This document shows, one piece after another, positions 35,344 through 48,690 of a stretch of DNA of 64,000 nt (position 1 is its first letter; the number at the start of each line of letters is the position of its first letter). Under the pieces are notes generated by a model that saw only the letters and a list, made by a program, of their open reading frames with translations, was not told where the DNA came from and did not search any database. Both the position numbers and the translations under genes were made by a program. Location: positions 620,001 to 684,000 of the forward strand of contig NW_026867509.1 of NCBI RefSeq assembly GCF_020745735.1, in the 5' to 3' direction. Source of the DNA: Hemiscyllium ocellatum (Eukaryota).

Positions 35344-37915
35344 CAATTGCACAGATACACAGAGAGAAGGAGGCATACACATAAGTTTGTGGGTTGAAGT
35401 TGTAATTGCGGAATCATATTTGATCTTGCTCAAAAACCAAACATTTTTTAGAGATAGAATCAGTCTGAACATGGGGACACAGACAGCCTCACACAGCGTA
35501 CCACACACCTTCGATGCATCATCTGTGATGAAATGGCTCCTATTGTTAAAGGTTTTTTTGAGAATGTTATTTCAAAACAAAGTTCTGGGATTTACATATG
35601 GAAGAACTGAAAGCAACTTGGTTATTCTAAAACATCAGTGAGTTAACAAACAGTCGTGTTATGATTCGCTTGCTCAATGTTGGATTTTAGGGACACAGCT
35701 GATGTCTCTGGCTCCTTCACACGCAAGAGGTGTGCCAAGTTGCAGCTCATGGCAGACCACATGACGGCTCTGGACTGAGGATGGAATCACTTTGGAGCAT
35801 ACGTGATGTTGAGAGGGTTGTGGACAGTGCGTTTAGTGAATTGGTCATACCACGGATTGGGATTGCTGAGGGAGGAAGGGAATGGGTGACCAAAAGACAG
35901 AGAAAGAGCAGGAAGGTAGTACTGGTGGTCCCTGCGGTCAACTCTGGCCAAAACAACTATATTGCTTTTGATAATGTTGGGGGAGATGGCTCCCCAGGAG
36001 AATGCAGTAATAGCCAAATTCCTTTCACTGGGGTTGACTCTGCTGTTCAGAAGAGGGCTAAAAAGATTGGAAGGGCTGTAGTCATAGGGGATTCAATTGT
36101 AAAGGGAATAGATAGGCGTTTCTGTGGTCGTAGACCAGACTACTCGGTTGTATGTTTCCCACGAGGTGCTCAAGTCAGGGATATCTTGGATCTACTGCAG
36201 ATAGTTCTCAAGGGAGGATGAACAGCTAGTCGTCGTGCTGCATGTATGCACTAATGATATAGGTAATTAGGTCCTACACGAAGAATTTCGGAAGTTCGGA
36301 ACGAAGTTATAAAATTGGAGCTCAGAGGCAATAATCTCAGAATTGTGCTAGTCAGAGTAGGAACGATAGAATATTCAGGATAAATGTATGGCTGGAGAGA
36401 TGGTGCAGGAGGGAGGGGTTCACTTCTTTAGTACTTTGGGGTTAGCTCTGGGGCAGTGGGACTATTACAAATTGGATGCTCTACACCTGGCCAGACTGGA
36501 GCCAATTTCCTTGGGGTGCTTTTGCTTACTCTGTGGGGGAGTGTTGAAACGAATGCGGTGGAGGTTGGGCACAAAACGTGAAGGTTAGTTGACTGGAAGG
36601 GGTAGTAACTATGGCCTGTAAGGAACGAGATAATGAAGTCAGCGTTACTTTTGAGAAGAGTAGGCAGGAGGGAGAATGAACGCGGAGGAACTGGTGGTCT
36701 GAGGTGTATTTCTTTTAATGAAACAGGTACAGGTGTGTAAGGTAGATGAACATAGATCTCTGATTAGTACCTGGGAGCATGATGTTATTGCTATTACTGA
36801 GACTTGGTTGAGGCAAGGGCATGATTGGCCACTAAATATCCCAGGATATCGATGCTGCAGGCTGGATAGAGAAGGAGGCAAAAGTGGTTTGGGAGTTTCA
36901 TTACTGGTCAAGGAAGGTATCAGAGCTGTGCTGAGGGTGGGCATTATAGAAGAATCGAGCAGTGAGGCATTATGAGCAGAGCTCAGAAATAGGAACGGTG
37001 CAGTAACCATTTTAGGATTCCACTACAGACCTCACAACAACGAACGTGAGATTGAGAAACACATATACATAGAGAGATCATCAAAAAAGTTTGGAACAAG
37101 AGGATGGTGATGATAGGAGATTTTAATTTGCACAGCATTGACTGGCACTGACTTACTTTTGGATCTCTGGATTGAGCAGAATTTCCGAGGAAAATCCAGA
37201 ATGTTTTGAAGAACAGTATGTAAGTAGTCTAACTCGGAAAAGTTCTAAAATTTATCTGGTGTAAGGAAATGAGCCGAGCCAGGTAATTAAAGTTTCAGTG
37301 GGGGGTTACTTTGGAACAGTGATCACAAATTCGTAAGTTTTTGAATACTCATGGACAAATACGAGAGTGGTCCTGAAGGAAGATCGCCAAACTGTGGGAA
37401 GGCCACCTGTAACAAAATTTGAAAGGAGCTAGAGAATGTTCATTGGAAACAGATGCTGAAGTGAAATCCACATTTGATATGTGGGACTCTATTAAAGAAA
37501 GGATGATTAGAGTTCAGGAGACATATGTTGCTGTGAAAATAGGGGATAGAAATGGCAAGATTAGGGAACCATTGTTAACAAATGAAATTGTGAGATTACC
37601 AAGAGGTAAACGGATCTGTACATAAGTTCTGGGCGACTGATAGTCGACAACACTTTGGGCGAATATTGGGAATGTAAGAGTAATCTGAAACGGGAGTTAA
37701 GAGGGCGAAAAGAGGTTGGCAGATATGCTTAGAGGGAAGGATTAAGAATAACCTCAAAACCTCTTATTCATATAGGAGGAGAAAGAGATTAACACGGAAA
37801 AGGTTGGTCCAGTCAAGGCCAAAGAAGGAAATATATGGTGAAGTCAGAGAAAATGGGCGAGATTCTTCATGAGTACTTTGCATCGGTGTTCAACAAGGCG
37901 AAAGACGTGGCGGAT

Positions 37916-38765
37916 CGAACAAAGAACAAAAACGTTTAGAGCACAGAAACTGGCCCTTCGGCCCTCCAAGCCTGAGCCGATCCAAAGGTACTGTCTAAAC
38001 CTGAAGGTCAACTCCTAAGCATCTGTATCCTTCTACTCCCCACCAACTCATGCATTTATCTAGACGTATTTTAAATGAACCTAACACCTCTACCACCTCT
38101 GCTGGCAACGCATTCCAAACGCCCACCAACCTCTCTGTGAAGTATTGCCGCGTGTTTCCCCTTAAACTTTCCAACTCACACCTTGAAAGCGTGACCTCTT
38201 GTAATTGAATCCTTCACCCTGGGAAAAAAGCTTGTCTCTAATCCACACTGACTATACCTTTCATGATTTTATAAACCTCCATCAGGTCCCTCTTCAATTT
38301 CCTTTTTTCTAATGAAAATAAACCAAATCTACTGAAACTTTCTTCATAGCTAGCACCTTCCATACCAGGCAACATCCTCGTAAATCTTCTCTGCACCCTT
38401 TCCAAAGTGTCCACATCCTTTTGGTAATGTGGCGACCAGAACTGTACACAGTATACTAAATGCGGCCGAACGAATGTCTTGCACAGTGTTAACATGATTT
38501 GCCAGCTCTTGTACTCAATACCTTGTCCACTGAAGGCAAGTATACTTTATGCCTTCTTGACCACTTCATACATCTATGCAGTAACCTTCAGGGTACAATA
38601 GATCTGCACTCCCAGAACTCTCTGCCTATCAACTTTTCCAAAGGCTTCTTCCATTCATTGTATAATTCGCTCTCGAACTTGTCTTGCCTAAATGTATTAC
38701 CTCACATTTGTCTGGATTTAAATCTGCCACTTTTCCGCCCAACTCTCCATTCTATATATAAATAA

Positions 38766-38844
<79 letters not shown>

Positions 38845-39390
38845 ACTTAATGCTCTGACAGTACCTTATGCTTTCTGCTACTGCACCAACCTTCGTGTCC
38901 TCGGCAAATTTGCTGATCATACCAAGATTGCCCTCTACCAGATCATTTATTTATATTACAAACAACAATGGCCTCAACACTGGCCCCTGTGGAACACCAC
39001 TGGCCACCTTTCTCCATTTCGAGAAACTACCTTCAACCATTAATCTCTCTCTCCTGCTGCTCAACCAGTTCTTTATCCACCTAGCTAGAACACCCTGCAC
39101 ACCATATAACTTCACTTTCTCCATTAGTCTACCATGGGGAACCTTATCAAACCTTACTCACGTCCATGAATATAAAATAAACAGCTCTTCCTTCATCTAT
39201 CAACTTGGTCAGTTCCTCGAAGAACTCCTTTAAGTTGGTAAGGCACGATCTCTCTCGTTCAAAACCCTGTTGCCTATTACTGATAAGCCTATTATTTTCT
39301 CAATATAAATAGATCCTATCCCTCAGTGCCTTGTCCAGCAACTTTCCCACCACCGCCGGCAGGCTCGCTGGTCTGTAGTTACCCGGAACA
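37916..39390 (-). mobile_element. 5'-truncated CR1 inserted in inverse orientation into the older CR1
   Basis: (GAACAAA)n tail at ~37916-37930; ORF 38238-38495 RPHLVYCVQFWSPHYQKDVDTLERVQRRFTRMLPG; RT text continues to ~39390. Confidence 0.85.
38752..38844. repeat. Compound microsatellite (TA)n(TG)n(TA)n(CA)n
   Basis: Seen directly; distal part is self-complementary. Confidence 0.95.
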
Positions 39391-40497
39391 TCCCTACTAC
39401 CCAGATGTTGAGCTTTGGGATAGATTTTTGATTACTATAGGTAAAATCAGCACAAGGAGGGAAGAAGTGTTGTATATTCTAAAAGACAGTAAGGTGGGCA
39501 AGTCCCTAAGTCCGGGTGGAATATATCGTAGGTTACTGGAGGACACGAGAGCGAGGAATTAGGTGGGGCTTTAACAGATATCGTTGTAGCACCGTTGGAA
39601 CCACGGGAGGTCCCAGAGGACAGGAGAATTGCTAATATTTTCCCCTTGTGTAACAAGGCTAACAGGGATAATCCAGGTAATTACAGACCTATGAGCCTGA
39701 CGTAATTAGTATGGAAACTACTGGAGAAGTTAATAATGAATGGAATATTTACCCATTTGGAAGATAACGGGCTTGCCAGTGATATGCAGCATGGTTTTGT
39801 GCAAGGAAGGTCATGTCAAACAAATCTAAGAGAATTCTTTGAAGAGGTGAAAAAGTTGATTGAAGAGGGAAGGGATGTAGATATCATATACATGGACTTT
39901 AATAATGCGTTTGATAAGGTTCCCAAAAGTAGGATGATGAAAAAGGTGAGTTCGCATGGTGTCCAGTGTGTTCTAGCTAGATGGATATAACTGGTTGGGC
40001 AACCGGAGACAGAGCTTAATAGCAGGAGGGAGCTTCTCAGAATCGAGACCTGTGACCAGTGGTGTTCCACAGGGCTCCGTGCTGGGAGAACTGTCATTTG
40101 TGAAGTACATAAATTTTTTGGAGGAAGATGTGGATTGCTGCAGCAGCAAGTTTGCAGATGACTTTAAGATTGATGGAGTAGCAGATAGTGAAAGAGAATA
40201 CGGAAGAATATAGATAGATTGGAGAAGTGGGAAAGAGGAATGGCAGATGGAGTTCAATCCGGACGAATACGAGGTGATACATTTTTGAAGATACAATTCT
40301 AGAGCGAACTGTACAGTAAATGCAAATGATCTGGGGAAAATCGGTGTACAGACAGATCTGGATGTTCAGGTCCATTGTTTTCTGAATGTTCGGCAACGCA
40401 GGCCAGTACAGTGGTCAAGAATGCATATGGCATGCTTTCCTTCATCAGCAGTGTATTGAGTACAAGGGTTGACAGGTCATGATATAGTCGTATTAGA

Positions 40498-40949
40498 GCT
40501 GAAAATACACGACTGAACCAACTCCTTCTTGATCAATCTATCTGTCATATGTTCTAGTACAAACTAGTCAAAAAAAAAGCAAAACATTGCGGAGCTGGAG
40601 ATCTGAAACAAAAACAGAAAGTGCTGTAGAAGCTCAGCTTGTCTGGCAGTATCTGTGAAAGAGAAACATTTCCAATTCAAAGTTACTGTTCTCCAGCACG
40701 AACAAGACGTAGAAAATTGCTGGAGTTTAGAATTAGAGCTGAAAATGCGTTGCTGGTTAAAGCACAGCAGGTCAGGCAGAATCCAAGGAACAGGAAATTC
40801 GACGTTCTGGGCCAGAGCTGATGAAGGGCTCTGGCCCGATACGTCGAATTTCCTGTTCCTTGGATGCTGCCTGACCTGCTGTGCTTTAACCAGCAACACA
40901 TTTTCAGCTCTGATCTCCAGCATCTGCAGACCTCACGTTTTACTCGAAG
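40498..40949. mobile_element. Penelope-derived insertion containing an 84-bp-arm palindrome, flanked by the 14-bp direct repeat ATAGTCGTATTAGA
   Basis: Direct repeats at 40484-40497 and 40950-40963; arms 40735-40818 and 40828-40911; central CTGATGA-agggctctggccc-GATA-CGTC. Confidence 0.8.
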
Positions 40950-43900
40950 ATAGTCGTATTAGACTTTGGTTTGGCAACATTTCGAATGCTGCGTACGGTT
41001 CTCGTTGTCACATTACCAAAATGGTGTGCATGCTTTGAAGAGGGTGCAGATGTTCCCGAAGGTTTTGCCTGCTATGGAGGGTGCTAGCTATAAGAAAGTT
41101 TTGAGTAGACTGGCTTGGTGTCATTGGAAAGGAGGTTGAGAGGGGACCTGATTGAGGATTACAAAATCATGAGAGGTTTGAACAAGGTGGATAGCAGGAA
41201 CCTTTGGCCCAAAGTGTAGGACTTAATAATATGTCGGAAGCAAAGGGGTATGCTTACTTATAAGGTTTACATAGGGTGTATGGATCGGTGCAGCTTTCGT
41301 AGGCCGAAGGGCGTGTTTCTGTGCTGTAATGTTTTTGTTCTAAGCCAGGTATTTTTCAATATGTACTTTCAGTTGCATCACATTGCAAACTTCTGCTATA
41401 AATTCTGTGTCTTACTATCTTCTACTCCATAGCCACCTGATGAAGGAGCACCACTCCGAAAGGTATTTTTAGAGAAAATCGTGTGAAACATTTTTCCTTG
41501 CCAGCATTGTACTTTATGCTGGAAAAAAATGGTTCTGCTTATAAAAAGGTTCATTCCAGAAAACAATCTATCTCTCATATAATAACGCAAAATTTTCCAG
41601 GGCAATAAATGACAATAAGAATAAAACCAAAAACACAAAACGTGAAGTTGAAGAATAGGGTTAAAAAACAAAAATATATTTTAAAACCTGACACGAAATA
41701 TTCAACTATTACATCATAAAATGAACAACAGTTCGTTCTGACGGAGTACATATCACTGCTGATTAAACGCAACACACTGCAAAGAATTCGTTCAGAACTC
41801 TTTTGAGAACGTTGGCAGACGACTTGTTCAATTTAAGTGATTGTTTGCTACCTTATCGGATGTTAAATTGACCGACAAGAGCAAAGTTCGTTGCCCATTT
41901 AATTTTAACTGAGTCCATTTCATTTCAGAAAGCAGATGAAAATCCATTACATTGTGGTCAGTCCAGCGTCATGTGTGAACCAATCCTGCAGCGACAAAAG
42001 ACATCCTCATCCTATGGACATTTCTGTTAAAACGTGTTGATTTATTTGTTACCATATCAAATAAATTCATTCAGTTCTTCAACTGATTATTGCCAATTTT
42101 ATTATGTGTCAGTAGGAACAACGACAAGATGAGAGATGAGATATTATTCCAAGAAAGAGCATTTTACGATATAGCCATTCTTTCGTGCGGTACTGTAATC
42201 TCAATTTGAACAAATGGCTCTAACAATAGTTGGCATGAGAAGTGAAAAGATTCAACCATGAATGCGACATTTTTTGTCATTTCTTACATGATGGAAAACC
42301 ACTCTAACAACCAAAAACTAGAAAATATTCACATTAACATCTGTTCATGACAGCAAAAGTAAATATGAACCTACGATTGGGAGTTAACCAAAATATTGGT
42401 GTGCATAACAAAGCAGTACTGACAAGTTTTTTTTAAACTGTAAAATGCGGCTAATGTCTTGTTCGTGATCAATACGAAGCCCAAGTGATTATTATTAACT
42501 GGAAATGAGTTTTACATGGGACACCATGGACGGCACTTGTGTTTCAATGTTGCGTTAAAAACAACTGATCCCACTTGCAGAAGAATTGAGCTTAAGGTCT
42601 GACATTGCGGCTTCTGGTAGTCCAAACCGACACATGCCCATTTGCCCTATACAGGGTAGCCAAGGCATCTCACACACTCAATCTTTCTCCAACCATATCT
42701 AGTTCAGTCTACGTTCACAATGTAGTGCCAAATAATGTTGCTGAACTATATGATCGCGGCTATTTATAGTCAACATTCGGGGAACTGACCTTCACCAATG
42801 TCTTGTTTATCTGGAAAGTCTGTAGAAAACTGCAGCTGTAGCAAAAACTGGAAACAACCTATTAACGTAACTTGCTGTTTATACTGAGTCTGAACATTTC
42901 TGTACAGTCCTATTCCTATCTCTATCCAAAGTTTCTGACACCCTTGATAAATGGCAACGTTCCTGACCTGCTGTGACTTTCCAGCTCCACATTTTATCGG
43001 TATTGACTTCGAGCACAACAGTGCTTACTATCGCCAAGTCGCTTGCACGCTTTTCTAGTTTGACAATCTCCAGTTTCCTGCCACTAATTCACTATTTATC
43101 AATGCAGACGTCAAATCAAGAGAGCAGTTAAAGTTGATACAGTCATAACAGCCCACTCAGCTTTGGGGAAACCTCCAAATAGAAACAGCCTCATTGAGAT
43201 GGCACAGTATTTGGGAAAAATGTCAATCTGGAATGTCTATCACCATATTTTGAGTGAAGATGTGAACTTTGTGGTGATCTCTGTGATTTTATATTGATTC
43301 GAAGGAGCACGACAGGCCTTTCTGCAATGTTAAAAATAAATTAATGGAAGAAAGAGGATTCAAACTGACGTTGATTCGGCCACATGCATATTTACGTTAA
43401 AAAGTATTGTTGGAGTGATCGTAACAATAAGGAGAATGCATGTAAACAGGTAAAACCCTCTTTCGATGATCTGAGAATTAAGAGAAATTTCTGTCTTTTT
43501 TTTAAGGGTTCACTGTGTCAATAACTAGGAATTCAATAATATCGCGATATGCAAGTAACCTGGGAAAAGTCGGTTATTATTCCTGACTTAGATTCAGATT
43601 GTGGGAAAATAGGAAATTGAATCAAACTAAACAATTATCATCAGGAATTGGAACAGAAGTAGTGACAATTAAACTACTGAAGTGTCACAAAATTCCAATT
43701 TATGACTATAAGACAAGGTAGAGAACTCTGCCAGCACAAATTTCGCCTTGAAATAAAGACTGGCATGAGGATTCTAACATAAACACAGCAGTGCTTCAAC
43801 GTAAAATGATTCATCGTGAACACACATCGTTTCACACAGAGACATTCATCCTCACACGCACAAACACACACACATACGCACACACATGCGCTTTTTGCTT

Positions 43901-44996
43901 ATTTCAGTTACTTCAAAACGAGTTTTGTGATGTCATCATTGATCCATTTGACTTTCTGAAAGTTCTGTGTCTGGTGAAAACAAATAGATCCCGTATCATA
44001 CTTAAAGTGTTAACACAGTTAACTGATGTGAACCCAGGCTCACTTTGCGATAGTCAGTGTTTAAGTTCAATGGCTATCTGATTTTAGGATTTCAACTTCT
44101 ATGTTATATTGCATTTTGTTGTGTTTTTACATGTTCCGCAATGACGGTTGATACTTAATTTAATGTTTCCCTAATTATATCCCTTGTGCCTTTCTCTGGC
44201 TCTTCCTCGGATTTCCCAGGAGACATTTCAACTCATTCTCTTGCGTTCTTAGTCTCCATTTCTCCATATTGCTGGATGTGTTTCTCTCACGGGATGGTAA
44301 TCCAAGTCCGTTCATGTGATGATGTCAACCTCCTTGCCCTTCCCCAATTTTCTACCTTTTACCTTCGCCCTGTTTATTTCCCTAAATTCGATCAGCTTTA
44401 TTGTCGGCTGACTCCACTTAATGTTCCCCCCTGAGTCTTCATCCTTTTCTTGATTGGATCTCCTGACATGTAAAAATAAATATTTACTCTTATGGTCCAA
44501 CAGATGGCACTTTAGTCAACTCGACTCCTTGGAAGCATGGAAATGTGATTATGTTCCTTTACCATAGCATTCCAGAATTTAGTACGAATTACTTTTGTAG
44601 AAGCAAACTTTAACCAATAATCTACACCAATTCAAACAAAGTCAACCATATCGGTGCTTAAAACCAATGACTTGATAAGATAAATTCAATAACAGCAAGG
44701 TATCTGTTGTTGAAATCAATTATGGTTCATACTTTCTTTATTGATTCTGTTGAAATAGACAATTGCAAGAACCTGATATGCTCACGACAAGCCAACACAA
44801 AGCAAATGCATCCATTATCCTGTAAGTTATTTGTGTAGGCAGAACTATTAATGTCTGACCATTTAATCAACAGGTACTCAATCATAGGAAGATAAGATAC
44901 TCACCGTCTGCCTGGAATTTGGAATACTCGAAGGAAAACAGAAGTGAAGGCTACTTTTACGTGGTAAGCCAACAATAATACAACAGGTACTCATGG

Positions 44997-46173
44997 CAAT
45001 TATTTCTTTGGAAAAGGATAACGAAGAAATGTGTCTCCAGCGGTCGTGTCATTGATAACATGTAAACACATTCGATTGACCTATTACTCTGAGTAAAGTT
45101 ATAACTGCTTCTTTCCGTGAACATTTTTTTTTGATTGTACATCGGATTGAATCCCAATTAAACTAAATCTCCAATCAAAGACTGCATGTGTTGCAGTTCA
45201 GACCCAAAAACAGAAAATGTGGGAAAACTCAGCAGGTCTGGCAACATCTATGACAAGAGAACTAATTTGATTCGAACTGTTAACGCTCTTTTATTCTCTC
45301 CAGTAATATTCATGATCCATCTTTTGTCACACAACAGGAAAATGCAAATAAAGAAATTGCTACATCTATAGCGATAATTTTAGTTGCGTATTCTATGTCG
45401 GAACGTACTCGCCAGAAAAAAACTGTTTTCCTGTACGTTGTACCAACGAACATTCAAGAGTTTTCACTCTCCTAATCGCAGTAGATGCTTCTCCAAGGAG
45501 CAGCATCAATTCGACTGCAGTATAATACCTGCTATGTTTCATTATAAATGTTCTGATGAACGATTAATTTATTATGAATATTAACATTTGTTTTTTTTTA
45601 ATCTGGGAGAACATAGCATTTTTCACAGTTTATCATTCCACATCTGCTGCTCGTAAACCATCATTAATATCACACTGATCAGTTAATCCCCACTTATTTC
45701 ATAAAAGTAGGAGGCCTTAAAATTATGGACGTATCCATGAATATGAACCACCATAATCGCACTACTAATCTAAACCTTGCTTTTCATTAGTTGGATGGAG
45801 TTCAATGGTCACTGCACAGATATTTTAATGGACGTTGTTGGCACAGACATCAACCTATGAGCCAACCCTTTTCACTATGCCAGGAAATCAGTTTAAATAC
45901 TTGGCTGGAGATTTTGTTTGCAGAGGAATGCAATGCCAACAGCGTGGGTTCAATCCCAAACACTGGCTTGAGGTGACCATGGAGGACTCTTATTTTCAGC
46001 CGCTTGCCTGAGGCCTGGTGGCTCTCAGGTTCGATCATCAGCAGTCACCTGTCACCAATGAGCGAGAAGACAATGGGTCTGACAATTATTTCTTTGGCAA
46101 AGGATAAAGAAGAAATGTGTCTCCAGAGGTCTTATCAGTGATAACATGTTAACATATTGGATTGACCTATTAC
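44997..46173 (+). repeat. Dispersed ~91-bp direct repeat (44997-45087 and 46083-46173)
   Basis: caattatttctttgg.aaaggataa.gaagaaatgtgtctccag.ggtc.t.tca.tgataacatgt.aaca.att.gattgacctattac in both copies. Confidence 0.85.
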
Positions 46174-46420
46174 GACGTCCTTTAAAATATCTGTGCAGTA
46201 ACCATTGAACTCCATGCAACTAATACAAAGCAAAGTGTCGATTAGTAGTACGATTATGGTGGTTTATATTCACGGATACCTTCAATAATCTTAAGGCACA
46301 ATCTATGGCCACACAAAACAACAATTTACGACTTCGAGCCCGAAACCTGACGGAATTGAAGGGGCAACACTAGGCTTTAATTTCTGGGTGGGTTCCCAGT
46401 TCCAGTCACAATTGTCCCTC

Positions 46421-46428
46421 TGATGTCA
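46421..46428 (+). promoter_or_regulatory. CRE-like TGATGTCA, ~155 nt upstream of the V leader
   Basis: Position and sequence resemble the CRE-like decamer of TCR V promoters; short motif, could be chance. Confidence 0.35.
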
Positions 46429-46579
46429 GTCGAAACAATGAGCCGTGAGCTGTTAGGTGCGACCTGCTGACTATGGCAACAATAAGCCAATCTTCGGAGA
46501 CTCCAAGGTAACTGAATATTAACACTGTTCTTGAGCTAAAGAATGTTAAGAGCAGTTTGCTTTGTGCGAACTCGCAAAT

Positions 46580-47059
46580 ATGTCAGTTCCTTTCCATTTA
46601 TTCGTCATTACTGCAGCTCTCATAAAATGTACACACTTGTTCATATACCAGCATGATTGACACGTATTTTCTTTTAAAAAGGTTCAGTCACAGATGATGT
46701 TAAATACTGTAGCTTCATAAAAGCATTAAATTTCTACATTTACGAATTTCTGGCGGTATTGCTGGTGCAGACTCGATCTCCCAGGAGCCAGTTTCAGTGA
46801 TGATGTTTGGTGATACGGTGACCAATAGGTGCAGTTTTTGAACCACTGCTACTACATGTTCTTTGCAACTATTGCGTCAGGTTTGCAAGAAAACCCTGAA
46901 ACTCTTGATCTACTTCTCTAATTATGGCGATGCTATCAGAGCTAAGGGTGTGGGGACTCGATTTGCTGCTGATTGTGACCGTGTGAAAAGGAAGGGGAAT
47001 TTTACTATTCATGATCTTCGGCTCTCTGTAGGTGTGGTGGATTACTGCGGACTGATAGA
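46580..47059 (+). pseudogene. TCR V alpha/delta pseudogene with leader exon (46580-46628) and V exon (46756-47059)
   Basis: Leader MSVPFHLFVITAALIK + T|GTACAC; V exon IAGADSISQEPVSVMMFGDTVTNRCSF*TTATTCSLQLLRQVCKKTLKLLIY...GVGTRFAADCDRVKRKGNFTIHDLRLSVGVVDYCGLI; stop at 46839-46841, conserved Trp lost, acceptor AG->CG. Confidence 0.88.
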
Positions 47060-47098
47060 CACAATGACATAGATCATACGAAGCCTGGTTCAAAAACT
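47060..47098 (+). promoter_or_regulatory. 23-spacer RSS of the V pseudogene
   Basis: CACAATG + acatagatcatacgaagcctggt (23 nt) + TCAAAAACT. Confidence 0.9.
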
Positions 47099-47974
47099 TG
47101 TAGTTTTAAAAGCCTTGGAGCCTTAAAGGAAGGGGAACGGCTAAAAAAAAACAATCTGTGGTGCGCTGGTGGGATTGGGGGATGTACACAGATAACCATC
47201 ACTGAAGAAACTAAACGTTTATGGACAATGTCTCTACATGACTGTTCCCATTATCACTCTGAATACTCGAGTGAAATTCCAGAGTTAAGTTAACTCCACA
47301 ATGAGGAATTATTTGTAGAAACATGGTGAATGCATTTGTTGTCCCTTCAAATGCATATTCTGTGTTCTGTTTCTCCAGTGCATTGTTGACTTTCCCAATC
47401 TTTGTTTGGATGCTGCTAATACGGAGTGCTCAATGAAAATCTCTCCTTGATATGTACCACTTTGACGTTTCTCAGAACTCACTCAACTGCAAACTGAGAC
47501 TGTCTAGTGACGGTGACTGAAAACGAACCTGTCAATCTCACTCCAACAATTGCAGTCTTTCACTGAAACTATTCCTTTCTGGTCAGTAACCGTCCAAGCT
47601 GTCTGTAAACTCTGTTCGAAGTAGTGATATTCCACATCAGTAAGACATCAAACTCTGGGTCAGCTCAGTTAGATATTAAGCTGTGTCTCAGGTCAGGTAG
47701 AGATCAACTTGTAGCTTCATGTAGTGCGCGCTCAAAGTTTCTCCAGGACAGTTAATGACAACATATCCATGTGTACTTTTTTTTCTACTCATCAGAGTGC
47801 ACCAAGGATGAACACAGACTTTCGGAAGCTAATATATGGCAAAATTGTTAATACATAAAAAGCCAGAAATTCATTCATCACTTTTCGAATGATGTACAGA
47901 GAACATCTTTCATAAATGGGGCAGAGGAAACTTTCCTCCAATACTACACTCATAATTGTCCATCGTTAAATATT

Positions 47975-48690
47975 GGACATAGAGTCATAGAGATGTACAA
48001 CTTGGAAACAGACCCTCCGGTTCAACATGTCCATGCCGACCAGATATCCCAAACCAATCTAGTCCCACCTGCCACACCCGGCACATATCCATCCAAACCC
48101 TTCCTATTCATATACCCATCCAAATGCCTCTTAAATGTTGCAATTGTATCAGCCTCCACGACATCCTCTGGCAGCTCATTCCATACACGTACACCCTCTG
48201 CGTGAAAATGTTGCCCCTTAGATCCCTTTTATATCTTTCCCCCTCACCCTAAACCTATGCCCTCGAATTCTGGACTCCCTGAATCCAGGGAAAAGACTTT
48301 GTCTATTTATCCTATCCATGCCGGGCATAATTTTGTCAACCTCTATAAGGTCACCCTCAGCCTCTGTTGTTCCAGAGAAAACAGCCCCAGCCTGTACAAC
48401 CTCTCCCTGCAGATCAAATCCTTCAACCATGGCAACATGCTGGCAAATCTTTTCTGAACCCTTTCAAGTTTCACAACATCTTTCCGATACAAAGGAGACC
48501 AGAATTGCACGCAATATTCCAACAGTAGCCTAACCAATGTCCTGTACAGCCGCAACATGACCTCCCAACTCCTGCACTCAATACTCTGACCAATGAAGGA
48601 AAGCATACCAAACGCCTTCTTCACTATCCTATCTACCTGCGACTCCACTTTCAAGGAGCTATGAAACTGCACTTCAAGGTCTCGTTGTTC
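47975..48690 (-). mobile_element. 5'-truncated young CR1, same subfamily as 21505-22500
   Basis: catagagtcatagagatgtacaac tail; ORF 48343-48801 ends with RDLEVQFHSSLKVESQVDRIVKKAFGMLSFIG...LERVQKRF. Confidence 0.9.

Larger units (their letters stand above)
35560..41340 (+). mobile_element. Near full-length decayed CR1 LINE (ORF1 with SGNH esterase, ORF2 EN-RT), interrupted by nested insertions
   Basis: ORF1 AVVIGDSIVKGIDRRFCG (GDS esterase motif); EN WEHDVIAITETWL (36718-36975); RT YMDFNNAFDKVP, SGVPQGSVLG, SKFADD (39400-40200); 3' end to ~41340. Confidence 0.9.
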
